From positions 1-64,000 of IMG/VR virus record IMGVR_UViG_3300010167_000004: a stretch of 64,000 nucleotides of DNA. One strand, 5' to 3'. The position numbers and the translations under genes are program-made. The DNA is from a virus. The notes below the pieces were generated by a model. The model was not told where the DNA came from. It worked only from the letters and a program-made list of their open reading frames with translations, and ran no database searches. Positions 27,290 through 34,878 of this stretch are shown piece by piece. Positions within the stretch are counted from its first letter, which is position 1; every line of letters begins with the position of its first letter.

Positions 27290-27619
27290 ATGGATACATT
27301 AAAATTATCGGGGAAGATGATAGATATTCCTATAGTTAAGGGGTTTAACTATAGGGAAGCGGTAGAGCATGCGGATACGATTGAAGATAAGGACAAGATC
27401 CATGCTATGCAAACTATATGGGATAGTATAGAATATACCCGTGATCATTATGATATAGGGGTTGAGACTACCTATTGGTTTAATGGCAAACAGTTGACGG
27501 ACGTAGAGATCAATAGCTTTGATCAATCTATTGTGCATAAGTATTCAGTAGTTTGCAATTCCGTGCTTGCATGTATACGAGATACTTGCAATGCCGTGAT
27601 AAGTACAACGAGCTATTAG
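27290..27619 (+). CDS. hypothetical early protein
   Basis: 109 aa, SD AAGGAG. Confidence 0.7.
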   Translation: MDTLKLSGKMIDIPIVKGFNYREAVEHADTIEDKDKIHAMQTIWDSIEYTRDHYDIGVETTYWFNGKQLTDVEINSFDQSIVHKYSVVCNSVLACIRDTCNAVISTTSY

Positions 27620-27626
27620 TATGGCA

Positions 27627-27670
27627 ATGTGTCAAGGGGACTTGACACATTGGATCAATTTTAGTATACT
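27627..27670 (+). promoter_or_regulatory. promoter TTGACA-17-TATACT whose -35 lies in the 3' arm of a 10-bp hairpin (ATGTGTCAAG-GGGA-CTTGACACAT)
   Basis: IR arms at 27627-27636 and 27641-27650, -35 at 27642-27647 and -10 at 27665-27670. Confidence 0.6.
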
Positions 27671-27701
27671 ATATGTATACAATATCAATGGGGGTATGAG
27701 T

Positions 27702-28058
27702 ATGATAGTGAAAGTGATTCATTCGGAAGCTCAATTCAGTCATTACTTTGAAAAAATGGATAGAGATCAATTCTCGCCGGAAGGGTATGGCAAGCTATTT
27801 CAATACTATGATAGTCTATCTGATGAAACGGGAGAGCCTTATGAGATAGATGTAATAGCTATTTGTTGTGAATGGACGGAATACGATACTGTAATGGAAG
27901 TAGTCCATGCTTATAACATCGACATTGACGAAGCAGAGGATGATGAATCGGCAGAGGAATACAACGAGCGAATTACAGAAACAGTTATGCAGGAGCTATT
28001 GAATCATACGATAGCTTATCATCTTGAGAATGGCAATATCTTATTGCTAAACTATTAG
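27702..28058 (+). CDS. acidic hypothetical protein
   Basis: GGGGGTAT sits upstream of ATGs at 27696 and 27702. 118 aa. Confidence 0.7.
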   Translation: MIVKVIHSEAQFSHYFEKMDRDQFSPEGYGKLFQYYDSLSDETGEPYEIDVIAICCEWTEYDTVMEVVHAYNIDIDEAEDDESAEEYNERITETVMQELLNHTIAYHLENGNILLLNY

Positions 28059-28076
28059 TATAGGGGGGCATGAAAA

Positions 28077-28655
28077 ATGACGAAAGAACAGAAAAGTTTA
28101 ATCATTGAACAGTTAGCGGAGCTGTCCGGGGAACAGGTAGTGGATTTATTCATTGACTACCACGGTACTCAAATTATAACAGAGGACTTTATGAATCATT
28201 GTATCAATGAATCCGCTATTGACGGGTACGATATTACATGTGATCATTGTGGGGACACTATAGGATCATTGGCAATGTATCGGGAGAATGGATGCCCCGA
28301 ATGTAAGAATTGCCACAAAGCCCTATGCCCCTCTTGTATTGTAAACTGTTCTGATGAGAATGACCGTTGTCAGGAATGTGCAGACAACTTCCATGAATCC
28401 GCCGGATGCGATACATGTGCTAGTTGTAATGGAAGTTGTACGGACTATAAGGATAGCACGCCGGGGGCAATCACATACGGTCAATGTGTGTATTGGTTAC
28501 ATGAAGCTGAAACATGCTATGATTGTGATCTGGCATTGACATCTGATGTGGATGCCTATAAAGGGGAAGATGGTAAATGGCGTTGTGAGAAATGTCATTA
28601 TGAGGATGAGGATAATCAGCGGGCTTATGAACGAAGCCAAGGGTATATACTATGA
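28077..28655 (+). CDS. Cys-rich multi-zinc-finger protein
   Basis: 192 aa with at least 7 CxxC pairs (CDHCGD, CPECKNC, CPSC, CQEC, CDTCASC, CYDC, CEKC). Confidence 0.75.
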   Translation: MTKEQKSLIIEQLAELSGEQVVDLFIDYHGTQIITEDFMNHCINESAIDGYDITCDHCGDTIGSLAMYRENGCPECKNCHKALCPSCIVNCSDENDRCQECADNFHESAGCDTCASCNGSCTDYKDSTPGAITYGQCVYWLHEAETCYDCDLALTSDVDAYKGEDGKWRCEKCHYEDEDNQRAYERSQGYIL

Positions 28656-29110
28656 TATTGGATAAGCGTACAGTAGTGAATAAGTATCAGAGGATTAAGG
28701 TTGTCATTGAGCAATTATCCGGGTCAGGATTCGATTGTAAATGGCAGATAGATAATAAGAAGGGGTATGTCAGAGCATATACTGAATGGCATAGGATGGA
28801 TCAGCATGGTTTCTATGCTGGATACATACCCTTTACTTTGATCATTCCCAAAGGCAAGCCGATAGACTTTAGACTTATGGGTCATGATCATAGTTTGCGT
28901 ACACTACAGACATACTTCATTGACGATTATATATCGGATAGTGTGGCGCAGGTGCTACATGATGCGGGTATAGCCTATGGAAATTATAGGCGGCCTTATA
29001 AGGTTGAGAATGGACGGGTTGAAGTGATATACTTAACGGATCATTGCCCGGTATGCCAAGAGCAAACATGCCTAGCATGTGAACATCAGAATACAGGGGG
29101 TATTAAATGA
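28652..29110 (+). CDS. hypothetical protein with C-terminal CPVC...CLAC
   Basis: 152 aa, ATGA overlap. Confidence 0.7.
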   Translation: MILDKRTVVNKYQRIKVVIEQLSGSGFDCKWQIDNKKGYVRAYTEWHRMDQHGFYAGYIPFTLIIPKGKPIDFRLMGHDHSLRTLQTYFIDDYISDSVAQVLHDAGIAYGNYRRPYKVENGRVEVIYLTDHCPVCQEQTCLACEHQNTGGIK

Positions 29111-30021
29111 GTAACTGGACTAAAGAGAAAACTATAACTGTATCGGTAGAGGACTTTGTTGATAAGGATGCTATATATCATACTACCTATGTCAATGAGG
29201 ATAATCATACCTGTTTAGTACAGGTGCTTCCCGATACTATGGACGCAAGCCCACGGGATGACTTCAATAATTTATGGACATGGGTAACTAGCATGGATGC
29301 CGGGTATAGTGATAGAGACCCAAGCTATAACAAAGACAATGCAAAGTATCCGGGGTCATGGTCATCAGGTAAATGGTACAGGGTAGAGGACTTTGTAGAT
29401 GATGACGGTCATCTTGATAAACAATTCTTGAAAGATAATATGGTAGTCAGGCTCTATTTGTATCGACATAGTGGCGATACGATCCGTGCTGGTAGTGGTT
29501 GGAATGACGGTGAATTGCCACAAGGCCATGCCCGTTTCGATAGTGGGTGCATGGGGTTTGCGTTTGTCAGTTATGAGGAATTGAAAAGAGCATACGGCAA
29601 ACATAATTACAATACTGTTGACGGTAAATCAGTATATACAGGTGTACCATTGAAACGTATTACAAAAGCTTTACGGGATAAAGCTATGGCGTGCTTGCAT
29701 CGTGAAGTAAAGATGATGAACATGGCGAATAGTGGGGAAGTGTACGGATTCAAGATAACTGATCTGGAAACGGAGCAAAATGATTCATGCTGGAATTATT
29801 ATTGTGATAGCTTCACAGACTTACGGGAACAGCTTGCATGTTTCATCACGGATTATACGGATACAACACTTGAGCAAGCGGAAAGTATTGCCTTGCGTGC
29901 GGTGGAGCTTTCATTCTGGGAACGGCATTATTACATAGATGAGAATGGTAAGGAAGTAAAACGTGCGGAGCCGCTTTCCCGTACAGAAACAACAGTCAAT
30001 GGTATAACATATATCAATTAA
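29107..30021 (+). CDS. hypothetical protein
   Basis: 304 aa, SD GGGGGTAT, ATGA overlap. Confidence 0.75.
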   Translation: MSNWTKEKTITVSVEDFVDKDAIYHTTYVNEDNHTCLVQVLPDTMDASPRDDFNNLWTWVTSMDAGYSDRDPSYNKDNAKYPGSWSSGKWYRVEDFVDDDGHLDKQFLKDNMVVRLYLYRHSGDTIRAGSGWNDGELPQGHARFDSGCMGFAFVSYEELKRAYGKHNYNTVDGKSVYTGVPLKRITKALRDKAMACLHREVKMMNMANSGEVYGFKITDLETEQNDSCWNYYCDSFTDLREQLACFITDYTDTTLEQAESIALRAVELSFWERHYYIDENGKEVKRAEPLSRTETTVNGITYIN

Positions 30022-30034
30022 AGGGGGGTATAGA

Positions 30035-30241
30035 ATGAAGATAGAGATCGATGAGAAAACTCAAATTGCAGTTGTGTGGTCAGTAGAGGACGTGCTAGAA
30101 GTACGCCCGGATTTAACGGATGATCAAGCAATGGAAGTATTACTCCATTGTAAATCTCACCATGACGCTAGCATAGGTATATCATGGGACATACTTAAAT
30201 GTGTAGCGAGTATTTTATATCCACAGGAGGGAAACAAATGA
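30035..30241 (+). CDS. small protein, paralog of 30441-30629
   Basis: 68 aa. The N-terminal MKIEIDEKTQIAVVWSVEDVL is identical in the paralog. Confidence 0.7.
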   Translation: MKIEIDEKTQIAVVWSVEDVLEVRPDLTDDQAMEVLLHCKSHHDASIGISWDILKCVASILYPQEGNK

Positions 30242-30444
30242 AGTATAGAGTATCATTATGTTTCACTACATATCGTGTATATGATGATGTAGAAGCGAGT
30301 AACGAAACGGAAGCCATTGAGAAATGCCGTGAGAGTTGGAATGAAGGTAACGATGATGGACAAGATGATCTTATGATTATGCCTTTACCAAATAACGATT
30401 ATGCAGAGGATTTATCTATGGAGGATCAGGAGGGAAATAAATGA
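30238..30444 (+). CDS. small acidic protein
   Basis: SD AGGAGGG upstream of the ATG at 30238 (MKYRVSLCF...). Confidence 0.65.
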   Translation: MKYRVSLCFTTYRVYDDVEASNETEAIEKCRESWNEGNDDGQDDLMIMPLPNNDYAEDLSMEDQEGNK

Positions 30445-30629
30445 AGATAGAGATAGATGAGAAAACTCAAATCGCAGTTGTGTGGTCAGTAGAGGACGTA
30501 TTAAGTGTGTGTCCAGACTTAACTAAAAAGCAAGCAATGGATGTATTACTTGCATGTAAAGAGAGCCATTGTATTGCAGGGATTTCATGGGACGTTATCT
30601 CGGATACTGCCGTAGGTATGTACGGGTGA
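30441..30629 (+). CDS. small protein, paralog of 30035-30241
   Basis: 62 aa with SD AGGAGGG. The first ~63 nt are nearly identical to 30035-30097. Confidence 0.7.
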   Translation: MKIEIDEKTQIAVVWSVEDVLSVCPDLTKKQAMDVLLACKESHCIAGISWDVISDTAVGMYG

Positions 30630-30633
30630 TAGT

Positions 30634-30819
30634 ATGATACGAATAGTCTACAAAGTAACCAATGAATCCAAAGAGAACTTTATATGTGGGGTCAAAGAGT
30701 TTACATATAATGCCGGGACACAGGAGCTTACGGTACATTATGAGGAATCGGATGAGCTAGAGATCATTCGGTGGGTGGTACACATGCTTGTATATGCGCT
30801 GGAACCAGAGGAGGGATAA
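30634..30819 (+). CDS. hypothetical protein
   Basis: 61 aa, SD GGGTGA. Confidence 0.6.
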   Translation: MIRIVYKVTNESKENFICGVKEFTYNAGTQELTVHYEESDELEIIRWVVHMLVYALEPEEG

Positions 30820-31572
30820 ATGAGATTAAAACTGTCAAGTAACCTATTCAATAGGGTAAGCCAGCCGGGAACGTATCATGGATTCTCGGATCACATTGAA
30901 GGCATTGAGCAACGGGAGAATGAGTATCACGATAGCGATGAGTGCATGTATATAGATGAGCATGAGCAGGGTCAGCTCTCATTGTTTCCCCGTACAACAG
31001 GGGACTATGATCAGAACTATCTTGAGCATAGGATACAAGTACCGAATCCAGACTGGAAGCCGGGGCATTATGAAATGAACTATCGGGATTACTGTATACA
31101 CATTTCTAAAATATGGGTGGATAAGTTTATTGAGCGGTGCAATGAGATCGGTGTTCAGGCCAGAATAAAATACACCGGGATAGATATGCCCCGTGAGTAC
31201 AACTTTGCGGATGATTGCGCCCTGTTCACATTCGATACTAGCCGGGAGAAGATGGATAAGATATTCAATGACATACGGTATAACTATAAGGACGTATTCC
31301 CTACGTTTTTATATGACAATTATAAATCGTATGACGGATTCTTTTCTTTTCTATCGCACGAATGGCATGATTGGCTATACAATATAACACAGGCCACCGA
31401 TACAGGCGGCTATGAGCATGCAGTATGGCAAGCCCTCCATTTCTATCTCTGGAAAACCAATGCGGAAGCAGAGGAATGGAGCCGGGACTATGAGGAAGCT
31501 GTCTATGATAATGACGGGTGCTATTCCTATTTAGAGTTTGTGGAAGATGAGCCAGAGGAAGAAGTTATTTAA
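30820..31572 (+). CDS. hypothetical protein
   Basis: 250 aa, SD GAGGAGGG. Confidence 0.75.
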   Translation: MRLKLSSNLFNRVSQPGTYHGFSDHIEGIEQRENEYHDSDECMYIDEHEQGQLSLFPRTTGDYDQNYLEHRIQVPNPDWKPGHYEMNYRDYCIHISKIWVDKFIERCNEIGVQARIKYTGIDMPREYNFADDCALFTFDTSREKMDKIFNDIRYNYKDVFPTFLYDNYKSYDGFFSFLSHEWHDWLYNITQATDTGGYEHAVWQALHFYLWKTNAEAEEWSRDYEEAVYDNDGCYSYLEFVEDEPEEEVI

Positions 31573-31611
31573 TTTATAGGTATAAACCGCCCCGTATGGG
31601 GCTGGTATGAT
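31573..31611 (+). promoter_or_regulatory. TTTATAGGTATAAAC box + GCCCC-GTAT-GGGGC hairpin + extended -10 TGgTATGAT
   Basis: Box at 31573-31587, hairpin at 31589-31602 and -10 at 31606-31611. A related arrangement occurs at 42227-42270. Confidence 0.45.
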
Positions 31612-31630
31612 AAGCTTATGGGGGTATGAT

Positions 31631-31834
31631 ATGAGATTAAACATTGAACTGAATATATTTTGGAAACGGAATGTCGATAAAGATGATTATGAAATGTTGA
31701 AAAATGAGAATGAGGAAGTCTTATTCTATAGTGAGCAAGATGTAATAGACTATATTAAATCTACACTGGAGAGTAATGCCCATTATGATGATCTTCCATT
31801 GGTGGTGAATAAAATAAAGGCGATGAAGCTATGA
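31631..31834 (+). CDS. hypothetical protein
   Basis: SD GGGGGTAT upstream of the ATG at 31631. 67 aa. Confidence 0.65.
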   Translation: MRLNIELNIFWKRNVDKDDYEMLKNENEEVLFYSEQDVIDYIKSTLESNAHYDDLPLVVNKIKAMKL

Positions 31835-32043
31835 GAACTAAAACAGAATTATATGTGGTGATAGAATGGGAGCCACAGGAACAGGAAGAAGTAGGGCAAG
31901 ATGATCCTATACGAACCACTACTGATCTAGCTTGCTATATCAGTAGTGTATTGAAACAGCATGCCTTCATAGATAACCAAAAGTATTGGCAGATTAAATC
32001 AGTAACGCCGGGAAGCTCAACTACATATAGCGGAGGGGGATAA
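31831..32043 (+). CDS. hypothetical protein
   Basis: 70 aa, ATGA overlap. Confidence 0.6.
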   Translation: MRTKTELYVVIEWEPQEQEEVGQDDPIRTTTDLACYISSVLKQHAFIDNQKYWQIKSVTPGSSTTYSGGG

Positions 32044-32168
32044 TGAGAACCGAGAAAAGTAGGATGATTTATCATCAGTATTACGGACATACCTATATTA
32101 GAATATGGGTATCAATCGTAGGGCTTATCATAGGGATAGGTATAGGTTTATTCATAGGGGGTATGTAG
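32043..32168 (+). CDS. possible 41-aa single-TM micropeptide
   Basis: Hand translated as MRTEKSRMIYHQYYGHTYIRIWVSIVGLIIGIGIGLFIGGM. TAATG overlap upstream and TAGTG downstream. Confidence 0.4.
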   Translation: MRTEKSRMIYHQYYGHTYIRIWVSIVGLIIGIGIGLFIGGM

Positions 32169-32359
32169 TGAATCCAAGAGGGACAAGGTTATTGCTTATG
32201 GCGATCTGTAAGCAATGGGTTGCGGACGGTAGGCCGGAGCAGGGGCGTGCTATTGTGGAGCGGGTTGCTACGGTGCTACGCACGGAGCATATCAATAGGC
32301 GAGCATGGTATAATCAGGCCAAGTTTATAGCACGTGAGGGAACCAATGGAAGAATATAA
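32168..32359 (+). CDS. hypothetical protein (GTG start preferred; alternative ATG at 32105)
   Basis: GGGGGTAT sits 4 nt upstream of the GTG at 32168. The ATG at 32105 has no SD. Confidence 0.5.
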   Translation: MNPRGTRLLLMAICKQWVADGRPEQGRAIVERVATVLRTEHINRRAWYNQAKFIAREGTNGRI

Positions 32360-32552
32360 ATGTGAGCAATGTGGCAAAGTAATCTTTGTTGGACAGACAC
32401 TTCCCGATGGTGTTATATCTACCATGGAAGATCATGAGGGATGGATCAAAGGTGCTGGTATATGTGTAGCATGTGAGCGAGAGCTATGCTATGAATGTGC
32501 AGATGGATGGATCAATGATATGTGTCAGACATGCAATGAGGATAGCGTATGA
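32346..32552 (+). CDS. zinc-ribbon protein
   Basis: CEQCGK...CVAC...CYEC...CQTC. SD GAGGGA. Confidence 0.65.
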   Translation: MEEYKCEQCGKVIFVGQTLPDGVISTMEDHEGWIKGAGICVACERELCYECADGWINDMCQTCNEDSV

Positions 32553-32914
32553 TCCCCGGTGATCTTATATTGGCAAATCATACCGAGAACATCGGAACAT
32601 TCCGTGCCGATTGCTCTACACGTATAGCAGAATTAAAGCATGCTATAAGACAAGCCATGAACCAGCAAACAGTAGATGGTGAAACATGTACCCCGGCCTA
32701 TGCGCAGAAGGTCAGGACGGACAGCAAGCGGGAGATACATGTATTACATCTTATGGATTCAATGCTTGCATGTATAGAGGAAAGTGTAGATCAGCATATA
32801 CCAGCACGGTTAAGACTAACACCGATGGCATATATGGGGTTGGATAAGTTATTGTATCCAATGAAACGACAGAACAAACGGAGGGGACATGACAACGAAA
32901 CGACACAAAGATAG
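32549..32914 (+). CDS. hypothetical protein
   Basis: 121 aa, SD GAGGAT, ATGA overlap. Confidence 0.65.
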   Translation: MIPGDLILANHTENIGTFRADCSTRIAELKHAIRQAMNQQTVDGETCTPAYAQKVRTDSKREIHVLHLMDSMLACIEESVDQHIPARLRLTPMAYMGLDKLLYPMKRQNKRRGHDNETTQR

Positions 32915-33071
32915 AGTGAAGGCTATTAAACGGACAAAGCATAGGATGAAAGATCCAAACTATGCACCGACATATATTGACGATATATACGTAGGGTATC
33001 GGCAGACAGCAACGTATAAAAAAGCCAGAGAGGAGGCGAAAAGAAATGTCAACACAAAACATGACGATTGA
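32889..33071 (+). CDS. small basic protein
   Basis: 60 aa, K/R-rich, SD GGAGGGG. Confidence 0.55.
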   Translation: MTTKRHKDRVKAIKRTKHRMKDPNYAPTYIDDIYVGYRQTATYKKAREEAKRNVNTKHDD

Positions 33072-33390
33072 AGGATTGCTAGGTTTAGTTGGGCGTATCC
33101 ATACGTGGGATAAGTTGCCCCAAGATATTGTAATGAGGGCGGTTGATCTGTATTCAGATTGTCTGGATATGATCAATGTAAATGATACATTTTTTGATAA
33201 ACTTAAAGGTGTAAGTAATCCAATGGAGCTAATGATTCAGCAAGGTATATCATTAGACAAAGCATTGGCGGGGATACGCCGGGCGTATGAGGCCAAGGTT
33301 GCCAATGGATCACAGGCAGATAATCCAGAACAGCTCGCAGATATGTTAGAGAATGTGAGGCAGGCTTATGCCAAAGCTCGGCAGAGATAA
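33046..33390 (+). CDS. hypothetical protein
   Basis: 114 aa, SD GAGGAGG. Confidence 0.65.
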   Translation: MSTQNMTIEGLLGLVGRIHTWDKLPQDIVMRAVDLYSDCLDMINVNDTFFDKLKGVSNPMELMIQQGISLDKALAGIRRAYEAKVANGSQADNPEQLADMLENVRQAYAKARQR

Positions 33391-33574
33391 GAACAAACCC
33401 AAGACGCAACACATGATTGATAGGGATCATGTGGTGCTAGAGCAATCCCGGAAGAAGTATAAGGCCGGGGAATGGAACGTGGGCGAAACTATATCACACC
33501 TAGCCTTACATGGATGGAGCGCAAGCATGGCAGAACGCCTAGTAACCAAATGGAAGATGGAGCAAGAGGCATGA
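33368..33574 (+). CDS. hypothetical protein
   Basis: 68 aa, SD GAGG. Confidence 0.55.
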   Translation: MPKLGRDKNKPKTQHMIDRDHVVLEQSRKKYKAGEWNVGETISHLALHGWSASMAERLVTKWKMEQEA

Positions 33575-34029
33575 AAGAGCGAGACTTCAAGTTAGACTTA
33601 TGCAATGCCTTACGCAAAAAGGATCTATTCGTTCAACCAATCCAGACCCGTACCCGTGCTGGTGTACCAGATCTATACATAGCTGGTAGATTAGATGATT
33701 CTAAATGGGTACATGTGAACCAATGGATAGAGTGCAAGGTGGTGAATAAAGTATTTCCGGGGCTTGCAGATAACAGCGTGGAAGCACGTGCTATCAATGG
33801 GAAGATGCGACCGATCCAAATTAAGTTCGAGCCGGGGCAACAGGAATGGGCGTTGGAGCATTACCAAAAAACTGGAAGGTTTACTGTTGTGATGGTTTGC
33901 TTTAATGATGGATGGTATGGGTTCAAGATGTACCGATTCTATCCAGAGGGTAAGGTTCCAGTGTATCATTTCCATAGCATGACGGGTGAGGATTGGTGGA
34001 CGGTGTTCAAAGAAGTTTGCTTTGAATAA
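33571..34029 (+). CDS. VRR-NUC / PD-(D/E)xK nuclease
   Basis: GVPDLYI ... QWIECKV gives the PD...ExK core. The ATG at 33571 overlaps the upstream stop (ATGA). Confidence 0.6.
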   Translation: MKERDFKLDLCNALRKKDLFVQPIQTRTRAGVPDLYIAGRLDDSKWVHVNQWIECKVVNKVFPGLADNSVEARAINGKMRPIQIKFEPGQQEWALEHYQKTGRFTVVMVCFNDGWYGFKMYRFYPEGKVPVYHFHSMTGEDWWTVFKEVCFE

Positions 34030-34044
34030 TTTATAGGTATAAAC
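34030..34044 (+). promoter_or_regulatory. TTTATAGGTATAAAC box (the 18-mer TAATTTATAGGTATAAAC is identical to 31570-31587)
   Basis: Exact repeat read directly. It sits immediately after a stop codon at the head of a 135-nt leader. Confidence 0.5.
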
Positions 34045-34167
34045 TGTAAATAGTAAATGATTTGTGATAGAGTAATAGAGTATACCAAGAGGGTATAGGC
34101 GATTCAAGTAATCGTGGATGAAAAAGAATCGAATGAACTAATTCCTATCTGGTAGAGGAGATTTATT

Positions 34168-34605
34168 ATGGGACTGTTGAATAATCAGGGTGCGAGTGTT
34201 CAGGGTGGTGCGGCTCCCGCCGCTAAGGTAGTTGATCCGCAGGTCAAGGCTGCAAAGAAAGCAGAAAAAGAAGCTGCCAAGAAATTGGTGTCGGACTACT
34301 TCAATCCAATTCGTAATACGCTTGAGCCTAAGCTCATTGCGGCATTTGAATTGATCACCAAGGCGGCGAAGGCTGGCGGTGGTGGATTTGGTGAGCCGAT
34401 CTTCACTGGTCTGTTCGGTGATTCACCCAAGGTTGGCGACAAGGTTACACTTCGTCAGGTCATTGAGAAATACTACAAAGGTATTGACTACATGCAGAGC
34501 AAGTGTCGCATTTGGAAGCAGAAGAATGTGGCAGATGTTGAGTATGTATTCAACCCGCAGAATCCTATGGATTCGCATTACATCATCAAGAAGCTTGGCG
34601 CATAA
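34168..34605 (+). CDS. Lys/Ala-rich protein of unknown function in its own transcription unit
   Basis: 145 aa with strong SD AGAGGAG. The N-terminus is AAKKAEKEAAKK. GC is visibly higher and codon choice differs (AAG, GGT, GCG) from neighbours. It is flanked by the box at 34030 and the double hairpin at 34615-34670. Confidence 0.8.
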   Translation: MGLLNNQGASVQGGAAPAAKVVDPQVKAAKKAEKEAAKKLVSDYFNPIRNTLEPKLIAAFELITKAAKAGGGGFGEPIFTGLFGDSPKVGDKVTLRQVIEKYYKGIDYMQSKCRIWKQKNVADVEYVFNPQNPMDSHYIIKKLGA

Positions 34606-34614
34606 GTACCCTAG

Positions 34615-34670
34615 CCGTAGGCTCATAACCTACGGTATGTGTTTACAACTCCCCTTCGTATGAAGGGGAG
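34615..34670 (+). terminator. double hairpin (CCGTAGG/CCTACGG and CTCCCCTTC-GTAT-GAAGGGGAG) after the gene stop
   Basis: Perfect 7-bp and 9-bp stems. The downstream sequence CCTATTAAAA lacks a strong U-tract. Confidence 0.5.
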
Positions 34671-34693
34671 CCTATTAAAAGCGGGAGGTTATT

Positions 34694-34876
34694 ATGTTAT
34701 ACGATGACGAAGAAGATGATATTGACGATACACAGGATCAGTATGATGAGGATGCTGATTTTGATAATGACGATATAGATGATGAGGACTATGATGACGA
34801 TGATGATCTTGACGTAGATGGCTACGAAGATGATGACGATGAGGACGAAGAAGATTACGATGACGAGGAGGTTTAA
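34694..34876 (+). CDS. 60-aa poly-acidic protein (candidate DNA mimic)
   Basis: MLYDDEEDDIDDTQDQYDEDADFDNDDIDDEDYDDDDDLDVDGYEDDDDEDEEDYDDEEV, with no basic residue. SD GGGAGG. Confidence 0.7.
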   Translation: MLYDDEEDDIDDTQDQYDEDADFDNDDIDDEDYDDDDDLDVDGYEDDDDEDEEDYDDEEV

Positions 34877-34878
34877 TT

